A model generated the notes under the pieces. That model saw nothing but the letters and a program-made list of their open reading frames with translations. It was not told the origin of the DNA and searched no databases. Below, one piece after another: positions 13,081-27,149 of a stretch of 64,000 bases of DNA. The stretch covers positions 43,081,463 to 43,145,462 of the forward strand of contig JASCQW010000043.1 of the NCBI GenBank assembly GCA_030264375.1, in the 5' to 3' direction. Each line of letters opens with the position of its first letter. Positions within the stretch are counted from its first letter, which is position 1. Source of the DNA: Carcharhinus longimanus (taxonomy: Eukaryota). The translations under genes were made by a program, and so were the position numbers.

Positions 13081-15127
13081 AAGTGCACTGATTTGATAAT
13101 GAATGTACAAACTAGATACATATCAGTTATAATGTTAAACATGTATTACATATGTTAATTTTATATTGTGCAAACAATGTCTGTATACCAATATTGCTTC
13201 ATATAGACTGTCCTAGTGCACTGATTTGATATTCTACATATAAACTGGAGATAAAGTGTGCTGTAATTCAGCTGCTAATGAATATCATTAAAACGTGATC
13301 TGTCATAGGCAATCCATCTATACAGGGAACTTACAAAAATACATTGTCTGAAATCATTTTCTTCATCACTGAGAGTTCTCAGTTTAACAGAAAGACAATT
13401 CCTTTTAAAAGGTACTGGTGAGATTTCCACTGCTATCAATGCATTCTCATTAACATTGTAAATATTTTTGTTGATTGCTAAAACTAGATCAAAATAATGA
13501 ATTGCAATTGCTCACTAACATCCAAATGAAGCAAATACTTTGTTCAGGAAAAATATGTACACACTTTTTGAAACCATTAAACAAAGAAATGTTTCAAACA
13601 CATTGTCAAATTCTGATCTCTCCTTATGCTGCACATGCAGAACACTTGATATCAAAATTTGTAGTTGCGATCTACAACTAATCTAAATCTACAGTTTATT
13701 TCAATGCAGTGTCATCGACAGATATTGCAGTACACCTTATGATAATATGGTAGAACATTGTTTTACCAAGGTAAATGGCAGGCACTCATTTAATCGCATG
13801 CAATGTTATGGAATGGAACAGGTCCTTACTTACAGAAAGGGTAGACCAAAGACCCATTTGCTCTCCAGTGGTCACCTGTATCGTCTGGGACGCATCATTG
13901 GCAGAGGCCTAACCACAGCTCTTCATTCTGCTTTCTGTAATGGGGAAGTGATGTGACTAAAGCTTCAAGAGAAAGTTGGGATGAAAAACACACTGGTGGC
14001 AAGAATGAGCCTGCAAATCCTCAGGTTTCCTCATTAATCACAAAGAGAAGCAACCATCATAGATTACCTACAGCAAAATTTAAAACTACTTCTGTCACCA
14101 CACCTTATGCTAAGATGTCTTCTGTTCTGGCTTCAACTTCATTGCTTTCTTATTCAGTCTTAATTTAATGCCAAATTGATTCCACTGCTGTTTCCATACA
14201 TAACCGTTCTTTTTTATTCTGTTCTGCATCACACTTATTCTGAAAGATAATATGTCTCAGTGAACTGAAAAGATTTTTTTATAGCTAAGGAAAATGGGAA
14301 AAAATCTGTTTCCTGTATCATCTTTTATTGGCAAATCCATTATGTTAATTTTTGCAAAATAGAGTTGTTGCTTGACAGCAAGCTTCAATGATAAAAGTCT
14401 TGTGCCATGAATCACATTTTCAATTTGTTTTCTGTCACAGACAATGCAGTGCAGTTTATTATTAGGACTTACAGTGCTATTAATATCACTAAATTCAATA
14501 TTCTTATGTTTAATTGTATTTACAGAATCATAAGATTTTAAATGTTCACAAACATGGTAGGTGCTGATAAATCAGGGCATCACAGAATAACAGACAATGG
14601 CAGCATTCTTAAAGAAAACAAAACACGAGAAATTTGAAATGATATTTTTGGAGGAGAAAGATTAAAATAATGATCCATCCTGTTGAAAACATTAGCCCAA
14701 GTACACATGAATGATTCATTTTGTTTTTGCAAAATTATTTCTCCTGCAGCTTGAGTTGACATTTAAATAGTCATAACTTTATAAAGCAGATACTGGCATG
14801 AACTTAGTCCTTTTAGTCTCAAATAATCCTTTTTGTTTCTCGTAAACAGCATAATCTCAGCTGTGGAACTTTTGAAATTGTAATTTAAACAATATCATTA
14901 TAAATAAATGCCACGCTGTGACGATGAAAACAGGTATAATTTATGTTCTGGTTTCCTATTGTGAGACCCAGCTATTTGGAGTGTAAGATGTCCTTGGGTT
15001 TTTTTGCTGACATCATATCAGGCCTTTTCTGAGATCAGGGGTGGACATAGTCTATCAAGGTGACAGCGGAAGCTGGTGGTGTCGTATCGACGGTATGGGT
15101 AGCATTAGATAAGCCAGTGCACAGACT

Positions 15128-15235
15128 AGAAAGAAAAAAATGCAAATGCTGGAAACTCAAGTGTAAACAGGATGCAAGATGTCAGATTCAATGCAGTCTG
15201 AGAAGAGAAAAGACAGGTTAATGTTTTGTAGATTA
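15128..15235 (-). repeat. Penelope-like terminal repeat fragment
   Basis: aaatgcaaatgctggaaactcaagtgtaaacagg..gagaaaagacaggttaatgttt, similar to 47585-47715. Confidence 0.5.
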
Positions 15236-18200
15236 CTCCTGCAAACAATATAAACTGTAAGTCCATGAAATTCTTTGAGTGAACTGGTTGATCCAAAGTA
15301 AATAGCGATAAGCTATGTGCAGTATAGGCATTTCCACTGACTGCCATATTGGATAAGAATAATAAACAAACTTCATTGAAATGGTGTGGGTGTGTGTCTT
15401 TTCAGGGGGAATATTGATAAAAGAATGGAAATGTGTGATGGACGCTGGCCGTATAAGACTAGGAACTGTGGATAGGGTTGGCCTAAAGGTTTTCTGCAAT
15501 AGCAATCTCTATCACCTACAGTATCAAAAAAAAATTTAATACTATACTTTCTTTTGAGACCAGTAGTACAATTGTGAGATAAGTCAGTTTTTTGCTGTGG
15601 CTCACACAACCTGTATGGTCAACATGGATTTCTTTTAGTGGATATTTTGATGCAGAATATTGTTACCCTAGGACTCCAAAAAAACTACAGCATGACACAT
15701 GTCAGAATAAAAAGAGTGACTGCACATGTACATGATCTCAAAAAGCCATTACACTGGATATTGACACAACACTGAGCAAACGTTACTCTCAACTAGAAAT
15801 GTAATATTGCCATACCCCGTCTTTGTATCCTAATCCATCTGAAGGACTCTTGCTCATTAGTAAATTCAAGGTTATACCTGGGTGTTCTGACATAATACCA
15901 GCTTTAATTGGCCCTGAGACTGAGGATAATTCAATTACAGATCTTTTCAATTTAATTCGTTCCTTTCTTCCTTAGTCAGGATTATGCTGATGGATTTCAG
16001 GTAATAGAACTTAGTAGTTGAGGAAGGGTAGTAATACATGTTTTCTAGCTTTAGTTAATGTGATTAAGTTCCATATAGTTTGTTTTCCTCTTTAATCTGT
16101 CAGAGGTCAAATACTTGTGTGACTTGCTGAAAGTAATAATTGGAAGTCTTTGCAAGTAGCAAGTACCAGGGCTCTAGCCACTGAGGAATTGCATGCAGTA
16201 TAATGGATCATACGAAACATGAATATAGATGTGACTGTTGTTTTAATGGACAAAGGTTTATTATGATTCAATTACTTTGAAACATTAATTGTGTTTATAT
16301 GTAGTTGCACACAATAACCCTGCATCATGTTCTAATTGTTTTGTCAGTGGCATTAAAAGCATAATAGTAAATTGACCATCTCTCTGACTCATGGTGGTGG
16401 AGCGGGGTGGTGCTGCTATATTTTTCATCATTACTATCTGAGCATTATCTGAGCAAAGCTGATGGGAAAATTGAGTGGGAAGTGTTGCGTACTTATGATC
16501 AAATCTACCAAATTTTCCGCCCACTAGTTTTATTATTTATTGTCATGGCTAACCTCAATTTTAAAAAGAGCTGTTCTAAAAAAGTGCCTCAAAGTGGTGG
16601 TTCTTCCAGTTTGACCAGTCCCAGATCAGGCTGGATGTTGAAAAGACTTGTGAGGCCAAATAACCTCATGTTGATTTTTTTTAAAATGTCTCCCAATGAC
16701 CAGCTACAGAAATGTGTTAGCAGAGGCTTGGGAGCAGGCCATCTGCCCACAAAGACTAAAGGGAGCATGGAGGAGAAAAGAAGAAAGAAAAAATTATACA
16801 ATTTAATCTGGGTCCAAAAGTATCCAATAATTAAGATATTTAAATTTAATTGAATAACTTTCTATTAACTGCCATGTTAAATATGTAACAATGCTACATT
16901 GATGTGGAAATATAAATGTTGACACATGCTTTGGTCTCCAAGATGTTCCATTATAGGGTTTCCCAATCTCAAGTGCATTGCTGAGTGGTGAAGAAGAAGT
17001 AGATAAAACAGAGACTTTATCCAGTACCAGGATACAGCCTGTCTGTAATTGTACCTTTTTATTATTGCTAGACATCTTTTAAAGCTGACTTTTGTGTCAA
17101 ATTTGATTCTCCTCCCTGTTTGTATAATACCCTTTGTTTGCAGTCTCCCATCTCTTAGCCAGGGACGTCTTAATTTGTGTGTTGTCGCTGAGAGAAATTA
17201 TGTGTGTGGTTCTACAGGAATTNNNNNNNNNNNNNNNNNNNNNNNNNNNNNNNNNNNNNNNNNNNNNNNNAGGCTTGAAAAAATATCAGCCTGACAATAG
17301 TTACAGAACGTGGGAAACAATTGACAGCTATATTGGAAATTTGAAGGAGGAGTTGAGGTTTAAGAATAACATGCCCTGAATCAAAGGCCATATATCCAGC
17401 GAGGTCAGTATCCTAATAAACTAGAGCCGTAAAGAATATTGTGACTTTTGAGAGGCAATCTAGTTATGATTTATGTTATAGGTAAGGCGATGTGACCCAA
17501 ACAAACTGGGGAAAAAAGAACAATGATCAGAAAACAAGAACACTATCAACATGCCAAAGGGAAAATTGAGATTCACTGGGAAATTGGGTAGACAATACCC
17601 AGAGGAAAGATAGATAGGCATTTGTTTCTAATTGTTGTTTGTGGGGTAGACTGTGACAACCTGGTCTTGCTCCAGATTAAAACAAGTTGCACATGCATCA
17701 CTGCATGTGTTGTGTTAAAAAAAAACTTTTTGGTGGAAAGTCCTGAATTCAGTAGTTGAGCCTTCACCCTAAACTACAAGCAGCATAGAGAAACTTGAAC
17801 TGCAAATCCTCAGACGCAGTACATGCATTGCGTACATGTACTATGCCTATGAATTCATATGACAATTTTTGAGTCAAATCTGTGATCTGAATGGACTCCA
17901 GTGTCAGCTCAGTGGTATCCAAACGCTCATGTAAATGACTTCTGAAATAACTTCACATCAATTTAATTCACATCAAACTTAAATCATTCTACTTGGCTGC
18001 ATAAATATGGCTTAATTACATGAGTCAGGCTGAAGTCAGATCCTTCAGTCTGTGCAGATTAAAACATCATTTTGCAGCCAAACAGAAACATGTTCCCAAT
18101 CACTGCACTTGAATTATTGTTATTTAGCTCCAGGCTTGTATTAAAATCACTGAATAATTGCAATCTGATTATTATAATCAAGTACTGGAACAGTAATTAC

Positions 18201-20354
18201 AGGTTACAGTCATTTTAGGCTGTTCTGGAAATCCCATATACCGATCATATGCATATTAAAAGTTTATGGTAGTGATAAAATTAATGAAGAGGACGGTAAG
18301 CCTCTTTATACCGGCAAGGTGTCACACATCTCACAGCACTGCTGAGTTATTTTACATATTTCCTGGATTCTTCAGAACAGATATCTCCAACTTAGAGATC
18401 TCTCAAATTTGAATAATAAGCACAGTTTTATTAAATCTAGAAATGACAACAACGAAAATGGAAAAGTAGAAACATTCTATTAGCATTCCTGGCATTTCTG
18501 CTTTCTGAGTGTCACCATTAATTTAACTGGTGCCTTGAAGAACTATATTAAAATATATTGTCCCAAAGAGTACTGGGAAAATTATGACAACTCCATAGTG
18601 CACAGCGATTTGGGGTGAAAAGGAGAAGGCCACGAGTTTGCATTTTTCACAAACTCCTGGACAATTTGTGTCATTGTGCCATTAGCTTCAAAAGAATTGA
18701 GAAAGTCTGCAAGCTTGGCATGAGCATTTCCATTGACGTTAATCACGTTATGGATTTGTGCCATAAATATAAATTAATCTTGCTGCTGAGACTTAGGGCT
18801 GGTTATTGATGTCACAAGGACTCTGTTAATGACAACATTTATGGTCCTGACATGAAACTCAACCTTAGTGGCCTCTAAAGAGCTGAAATAAGCCTGTGGA
18901 TTCTCACCCCAGCAAGGAGAGAATTGTTCCCAGAAGTTGATTAAATTTTATGGATTGAATGTAGAACTCATCTGTGAGGACCCTCCTACCTTCCCACTTT
19001 CATCTCAGTTATGACCATGGCAGGAAGGCTAGAGACAGTCTTCCCTTTCAACACCCAGTGATGCCTTGCAATAGGCAATTAATGCCCAGTTAAGGGCCTC
19101 ATCTTGCTCCTGCAGTGGGTTGGGGGTGGGGTCTCACATGCAGGAAGCATGACAAGCAAACCTGTATGAGGTTGTTTTCCTGTTTCTGAGGGTGTGGGAG
19201 GGAATGGTGTCCCTCAATCAGTAGCACTCTGCCTGATCGAGGGACCTGGCATTAGAAAGGGGTCGTACTCAGAATGGTCCCACGTCCTTGCTGCTGGCTC
19301 CCCATTCATCAGAAGCTCCTACCTCATGCTCTCCTCCAGCCATCACTCACCTGTCGTCTGCGATTCAGCAATGATTCTAAGCTTCGGGCTGGCATTGTAC
19401 CAGCAGTAGCCATCGCCTTCCAGTGAGGCTGCCGTTCAATAGATTTGCTGATCTCTGATTGGCTGGCAGCCCTCAACATGCAGGACTTTTACCCTTCCAA
19501 GGCGAATGACTGCCACTGGCTAGTAACAATCTCACTCAATTCAGTGACCTTCCATAAAAGAGGTGATATCGGGCTCTCATTGTCTGTCCAACTGGCAGGT
19601 GACNNNNNNNNNNNNNNNNNNNNNNNNNNNNNNNNNNNNNNNNNNNNNNNNNNNNNNNNNNNNNNNNNNNNNNNNNNNNNNNNNNNNNNNNNNNNNNNNN
19701 NNNGGTGACTCTCCTATCACCTCCATTAAATAGTGCCCTATATTGCCAGCCAGTATTTTTGTGTCAGTGTTGCTATCCTATTAATGTTGAAATGTAATAA
19801 TTTTCAGATGCAAAGGTGTTTTGATTTTCAAATATAAATTAGATTGATTGCTTTCAGAATATAATTTTGGAATATCATATATAAATAAGAATGTTTGTCC
19901 GTTCCACCATAAAACAATTCACAAAAACAATGTCAATTACAATGTCCTCTCCAGCTTACTCTCTTCACTTTTTCTTTTCATTTCTACCTCTCTTCATTCC
20001 CTGAATCGATTCTTTTGGTACCTGTGTATTTTGCTTTCTGCATCTAATTAGACTGTAATTCACTGTACTTTCTCCATCTTCATTCTATTTTTATCTTGAT
20101 CTTTAAATTTAATTGGTAATGGAAGCAGACTGTGAGCCCCAATGTTCATAAGGTACCAGTCCATTGATGTTGGTGCATTATTATCAATTCACATTTCTGG
20201 AAATTTGCAATCAGAAGGGTGAGATTCAAAGCTAAATTCAAAGCAGTTGTTGCGAGCTAGGCCATTGTTGGAAAGGCCAAATAATCACCTTCTTATCATT
20301 ACAGTTAAATTATCACAGTTTAAAAAAAACCTCAGTAAGAATGATGAAAGAAAG

Positions 20355-20610
20355 CTTGAATTTGCATAGCACTGTTCATGTTCTCAAGATGTTCCAAATC
20401 TCTCACTGCCAACAAATTACTTGTTTGTATTGTCAATACTGTTACTTTGTAACAGCCAATTTGTGCATAAACAGGCTGAACAAACAACAAATAAAATAAA
20501 TGCCCAAATTATCTCTTTTGCTCATGTTGGTTTGAGATCAGTCAAATGCCAGGAAGTTGTTTATACCTCTTTGAATAGCGTCATACAACCTTTAACATAC
20601 ACTTGAGCTG
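20355..20610 (-). mobile_element. SacSINE1/DeuSINE-like 3' part (degenerate)
   Basis: ttgcatagcactgttcatgttctcaagatgttccaaatctctcactgccaac..cagccaatttgtgcat..ctctttgaatagcgtcat. Confidence 0.6.
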
Positions 20611-22374
20611 ACAAGGTTTGGGTCAACTTAATTGCAGCCATTTTTCAGGTCGAAAACAAGCATGATGAGAGTCAATTTTGGCGACCAAGTTTCCATATAA
20701 GATGCACCTGAAACTCTGGTCCCCTAGACTTTTGTGCAATTGGCTTGGAATTTTGGGACCCACAGCTTAGAATTATTTTATTGGCTACATTCAAAGGCAA
20801 ATAAAATCAAATTGAATTCAGAATCACAGAATCATATTCAATCCATCACATCTGAATTGGTTTTTTTGAGCAATTTTCTTAGTGCCATTCTCCAGCCTTT
20901 TGCCTTTAACCCTACGCATTCTTCCTACTCAGATAATGTCTAATTCCCTTCTGAATGCTTCGATTGAACCTGCCACCAGCACACTCTCAAGCAGTGCATT
21001 CCAAACCTTAGCCACTCGCTGCATCAAAACACATTTCTCATATCACTCTTTTACTACTTTTGCCAATTACTTTAAATTCTCGACAAATGCAAATGTTACA
21101 AGTTCATTTTATAAATGATAGAAAGAATCACTGACAGATGTTTAGGAGATTGGATGATGCAATGTTTCAATTTTTCTGAAAGCTGTGTTCAAGTCCAGCT
21201 CAAGTACATAAACTATAGAAACTGACTGTTGGTTCCAATGTTCATAAGGTCCAGGTCTATTGACATCAGTGCATTATTATCAAATCACAGCAATTTACAG
21301 TGTACATATATTGCAATCTGAAGGATGAGATGCTACACTGAGTCTGTTTAGGAGGTCCCAACTAATACCTGTTGGAACCATTGCACAATTCAAAACTTAC
21401 TACAAACTAACTTTCTTATGCATCACTTCACTCTGCATTTTAGCACAGTTGTTAACTCAGTCTTTAAATGGTGTACAGATGAAACTAAAGCCAGAGTTTG
21501 GCCACCTCAGTCAATGTGGATATAAGGATAAGACTGTAAGATATTGGAGCAGAATTAGGCCATTCAGCCCATCGAATCTGTTCCACCATTCAATCATGGC
21601 TGATAGGTTTCTCAACCACGTTCTCACACTTTCTCCCGGAACCTATGATCCCTTTACCAATCAAGAACCTGCTTTTAAGACCTTAAGATTTTGGATGGCA
21701 GTTTGGGAAGTAGAAAAATTGTACTGGTACAGCTGGAAGCAGTCTTGTGAGATTGAGGTCAAAGTACAATGTACCTGATTCAACTGTACGTCCCTTGATC
21801 GGCACCTGAAATTAAGAAAAGAAATTGTGTGGCATTTCCCAGCCCTCACTTAGATGAGCACATTAGCTCACTAGAAAACAAGGTAAATTTATTAATTAAA
21901 GAGTCACTGTTCTCTTTAGAATGGAATTGGTTCCATACTCTTTTAGTGCAGTGAAATTCTATTCTGCCTGATAGAATTCTGGACTCTTAATAGAATTTTG
22001 CTTGTGGCATTAATAATACTGATCAATGTGCAAGCTATTGAGAGGTTAGAGCATTGTAAGGTTTTGCAAAGTTTAACATGTTTCATTCCACTGCAACGAA
22101 AGCAGACGTAATGTATACAGTAGCAATATATATAATGTTTAAGAAATAAACCCCATAGAAAACTACTCGAAGATAAATAATTACCTTAATCTTTCTATTG
22201 ACACTTGGTGTAGTCATCCATTCCAACTGTGCAGACTGGAAAATAGACAATTACACAGGCTGACAGGAGATCATGTGATTACTGGTCAGGTCAAAATATG
22301 ATAGAAGACATTTACGCTCTCAAATTTCTTCAATGCTGCAAATGCATTGGGACTTTCCCAAGAGAACTTAAAAT

Positions 22375-22663
22375 TTTATTTATTAGTGTCACAAATGGGC
22401 TTACACTCACACTGTAATAAAGTTACAGTGAAAATCCTTTAGGCCCCATCATCCGGCGTCTTTTCGGGTACTCCAAGGGAGAATTTAGCATGGCCAATAC
22501 ATCTAACCAGCACATATTTCATGGGGGAAAACCAGAGCACCCAGAGGAAACTCAGGCAGACATGGGGAGAACATGCAAACTCCACACAGGGTGATCCAAG
22601 CTGGGAATTGAACCCAAGTCCCTGGCGTCATGAAGCAGCAGTGCTAACCACTGTGCCACCATG
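22375..22663 (-). mobile_element. V-SINE, alternative tail type
   Basis: Same head and V-domain reversed. Tail tttatttattagtgtcacaa..gttacagtgaaaatcc. Confidence 0.85.
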
Positions 22664-23012
22664 AACCTTTACTCCCTCCATAAATATTCTTTCTTAAAAT
22701 AAACAACAATAAATGTGCAAATGTGTTGGAGGAAAACTACTTTTTCCTGTCACTTTGTATGGTTACACCCACTAGAAAGTACATGTGTGGAGTTGACAGG
22801 TAAGAAGAGGATTGCCTTAATGGCACTTACAAATGGTTGCATCATAACACTGTGCCCCAAATTACTTGTAAGGAATAGTCACTTTGTTGAGATAATAGAG
22901 GCTGGTTGGCATCACCAAAACTGTATGCCTACATAAGTCAACACTTTCACTGCTTATAGTTCTACTTCAGTGTTAATATTTTATAAGCTAAATAATCTAT
23001 TACAAAAGGATT

Positions 23013-23295
23013 CAAGATGGTGCCAGAACATGGAGATGTCTTGCAAGCTATCCCCAGCATACTCTCTAATTCTGTCTTTTACTCTTGATCCATGCTTTTA
23101 AAACTGTAGTCTAACTCTTTTAAACTCCATATTAAGTTGATCCTTCTCTACACGCTAGCAATGACTAACACTATATTCTGCACCCTCTCCTTTCCTCCTC
23201 TCCTATGTACTCTATGAATGGTATGCTTTGTATAGCGTGCAAGAAACAGTACTTTTCACTGGATATCAATACATGTGACAATAATAAATCAAATC
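23013..23295 (+). mobile_element. Short Rex1/Babar-derived element (3' UTR copy, possibly joined to a 5' end)
   Basis: 23130-23247 aligns by eye with the 3' UTR at 38168-38277. Ends atacatgtgacaataataaatcaaatc and begins caagatggtgcc. Confidence 0.65.
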
Positions 23296-23854
23296 TAGCC
23301 GTAGGAAATATTGACAAAGCTGTTTCGTGACTTTATTTTTTGAGAGGAATATTCAAGAAATTTCATTGTTTTCATATATTAACTGCGTGCCTGTCAGATT
23401 TTCAGCTTTTAGGAGGTAAGATATTTTGTGATCAGACAATTAACTTCAGACGAGGAAACTTGTAGTGCGGAGGTATCAGGATAATTAATTAAGCAACTGT
23501 TATATTTAGCAAACAAAGAAAATTGATATCCTAGACTTTAAATGGTTTATGCTTCCTGCTTATCTGAATGGTGACAGGCAGCTTGTGATCTTCCAAACCT
23601 GTGACCTCTACCATCCGGAGGGACAAGAATCGCAGATACTTTGAAAGACCACCACCTGCAAGTTTTTCTCCAAGCAACTCACCGTGTTGAATGGGAAATA
23701 TATCAATGTCACTGGGTCAAAATCCTGGAACTCCCTCCCTAACGGCACTGTGGATGTTCTGACACCAGATGAACTGCAACAACCAGATGACCTGATTATC
23801 CTTAACTGCCCTTGAAGAGTGGTGGTCAGTTTCTTCTTGAACTGTTGCAGTTGC

Positions 23855-24415
23855 CTTCTCTGCAACGATCGGTGGGGGGGTGGAGGGAGAAGAGGCCCAT
23901 TGTCACTCTGCAGCGATTGGTGAAGAGAGGGCAGTGGGTCCATGATCGGTGGGGGAGGGTGGCAGATCATGGTCAGTGGGGGAGAGCAGTGGGTCCGAGA
24001 TCGGTGGGGGAGCGGGGGTCCATGATTGGTGGGGGAACAGGGATCCATGATCATTCACGGCATTGGGTGGGGTTAGCAGGGGCTTTATCTCAGGCCGTAG
24101 GCCCTGCAATTGCAGGGGGTAGCTGCTTCAGGCTGCCTGCAGTAGCAGGGCCCTGCCAGTTCTCTCTTTGTCTGTCAGACCCCTGCTCCTGCTAATACAT
24201 GTGCAGCATCAGAGGTCTGCACGTGTGCACTACCTCCCTCTCCAAGCTTTTGGGCTTGTTGAGCCCCACCCACAGGCTTCTGTAGCCAGCAACAGACTTG
24301 CTCAAAATTTTACAGCCAGAGTGCGTATGGTCTGATAATGCGCCCAAAAAACGGATCTGAAACTCCCTCAGTTCCATGTCCACCCGCCACTTAAAATAAA
24401 ATGGTAAAATTCTGA
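23855..24415. mobile_element. GC-rich non-autonomous element with internal (gatcggtgggg)n repeats
   Basis: Repeated cgatcggtggggg / tccatgatcggtggggg units. Ends ..taaaataaaatggtaaaattctg. Confidence 0.5.
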
Positions 24416-25564
24416 AACAAAGTTCTACAGCATCTAGGGGACCTTTTAAACAGCCCACCTAATCATCCACAGATCCTGTGGCTACCTCTGAACTTTTACC
24501 TGGGTTGGTTGGCTTGCGTCCAGCCCACACCCATACCCATACAGTGAATATTCCATCTTTGCATGCACTTTCTCCCAAGGCAAGCGGGCAGGACTGGGAA
24601 TTTTCCCAACTTCCACTACCCACCTTGCGGATAAAAATGCAGGCCTACATTTTTAGTAGTTTTTCCTTCTTAACCATGCCTTCGCAGATAAAAATCAAAT
24701 GGTTTTCTGTATTCAGAGGTGATAACAAACTTGGTTTAGAGGGAATTATTTAGAAATCTGAAACAAAAACAGGGAAATTCTGGAAACATGCAGCATCTAC
24801 GTAGACCAGAGCTTCCTTCCCCTGAGCATTAGATGTCTGCGAAAGGGGTAAAATTGTTCAAGTCCACTTAATAGTTACTCCTGTTTGACTTTTGAGTTGT
24901 CCAAGACTCCCATTGCTGGCAGAGAGCGGCCTAATTTAAATTTAAAAGTCATGTCCTCCATGGCAGCTTTCCAAATTCAGGGCCGACCTCAATAGCCAAT
25001 CCATGGCTAGAGTCACTGAGTGCCTTCTCCATGACCATCAAGGGCTTAGGAATCTCCCCCCTCGTGGCACTTCTCTTTTGTTGGGAACCTTTATATGTAA
25101 GCTTGCAAGAGTTAGTTGCAAAATGCATCATGATCCACAATGCCCACTAATTATCAACAACCATCTCATTTCCTGACAGTAGCAAAAAAATTGATAAAAA
25201 TATACTTATTTAGGGGAAAAAAATCTGGGCAATTCCTTTCTAACCTCAGAGTGATTCACATAGTCCAGTTACAACGTTGACTATGATTTATATTATTTAA
25301 TATCTCAATTATATCTTGTGTGCCTTGGACCAGCCCAGCTCTCTTTGGAAGGTGTTCAGCAAATCAACACACAAGCCAGCAGCTTGTTGAATAGTCTACT
25401 GTCCTTTGGGAAAAAAGAAGCATTTTACATCTGACCAAATAAAGCCCTTATATAATTTACATGCATGATTTATGTCCTCCCTAACCTAGCTAATTGAAAA
25501 AGCTTGTATAAATATGAATACAGTTTCATTATTTTGTATTGCATCAGTGAAGATCTGCACTGAT

Positions 25565-25903
25565 TGGTTAGCACTGCTGTCTCTCAGTGCCAGGGATTCA
25601 GGTTCAATTCCGGCCTCAGATGACTGTGTGGAGTTTGCACGTACTCCCCACTTTAGCTTGGGTTTCCTCTGGGTACTCTCGTTTTCACCCACAGTCCAAA
25701 GGTGTGCAAGTTAAGTGGATTAGCCATGCTAAATTACCCTTTACGTTCCAAGATGTCTAGGTCAGATGGAAAAGCTATGGTAAATGTGTGTGGTTACGGG
25801 GATAGAGTGGAGGAGAGTGCCTGGGTAAGATACTCTATCAGAGAGCCGATGCAAACTCAATGGGTTGAATGGTCTCCTTCTGCACTGTAGGGATTCTATG
25901 ATT
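25565..25903 (+). mobile_element. HE1-like V-SINE (CR1-type tail)
   Basis: Head, V-domain and tail ctgcactgtagggattctatgatt. Confidence 0.9.
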
Positions 25904-26194
25904 CAAGTAAATAGACCCAGCAATTTAAATCTATCTAGGTAACTAAAATTTGGATTTCATATTTTTAATCCTCATTTGCACGTTTCCAGTGGTTTTACAC
26001 TATTGTTAGAAGGTAAAAACCATTCAAAAGTATTTTAACTGACACATAACAACTATTCAAACAAACTGATTTGTTTCGATTTATATTGAAATATCCTGGC
26101 ACTTGTCCCATGTCAGGAGGGCTGTGGTTGCAGCACCCTTCCAGAGTGATGAAGTAGAGGCAGCAATGAAGGCTAACTGCTCACATGGAGATAA

Positions 26195-27014
26195 GGGCTG
26201 GAATTCTCCTAAAAAAAACTCTTAAGTGTCAAATCCGTGTGAAAATTGGAGTAATTCACACTTTTTTTCCGTGGAAGAATCTCCCACGTTCTGTTCACTG
26301 CAGAGGCCACCAGTGTGAATATTATTAAATTTCAAGGGGCGGGGCCATCCCTGCTGGAGAGGCAGTAATCAGTGCACTGAGTGGGCCACTGCGCATGTGC
26401 CGATCTGTCAACCCAGAAATCGGCTCATGCACAGTAAGCCCGCAGAGCCAAGGGGGCAGGGCCTAGGGAGTGATTGGTGGCGGTGGGGGTTCCCACTCCC
26501 GCTCTACCATAGGGATCAATGGGAGAAGCAAGGAGGCCATTGATCAAGTAGACTGGGGGAGGGGTCAGCTGGGGGGATGTGGGGGGCGGTCAGCCTGCTG
26601 GAGGGGTCAGCATTGTGGGGGGCAGGAGGCCAGGGCTGCGCCCAGGAATTGTTGGGGGCCAGTAATTGGGCTGTGGGGGGGGGGTGGAAGAATGGCAATG
26701 CAGGGATCACCAGGCTGGCCAGCGATTGGGAGGCCCTACTCTCTGGGAGCCTCGATTGCCTCCCCTTCATTCTTGCGGGGTTGGGCCATTAAGCTCCCCA
26801 GAAGTGGAGAGCTACTCTAAACCCTGTTAGAATGAAACATTCTGATGGGGTGGGCAGATGCAAGTGGGCCCACAGACTTCAGTACTGGGCCCACTAATCA
26901 CATGTCAATAACATTAAAATCCCCCCTGCATACCTAATGAAGCTCTGCGCCTATTTCCAGCACAGAGCTGACAGCGCCATGTCCTGTAACATAGCAGCCA
27001 TAAAAATCAGAGCC
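26195..27014. mobile_element. GC-rich non-autonomous DNA-transposon-like element
   Basis: Starts gggctggaattctcc, contains actgcgcatgtgc and G-runs with cgatc/tgatc motifs, and sits just upstream of the Harbinger transposase remnant. Confidence 0.5.
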
Positions 27015-27149
27015 AAGCTGTTTCATTTAATGTAAACAACTTCCCTGATTGGACCAACACAGGAAGCTTCAGATCACAGCTTCCAGACGAGAGCTCTTTA
27101 CGACCTGCATCTGGTTTTAACCTATAAGTTGACCAAAATGCTTAGCTCT

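Noticed and set aside
16407-16853. 148-aa ORF
   Set aside because: No recognisable family, non-ATG start, and it overlaps a MITE-like end (aaattttccgccc).
17815-17862. Small palindromes agtacatg..catgtact and tatgaattcata
   Set aside because: Short enough to occur by chance in 64 kb and too small for a miRNA hairpin.
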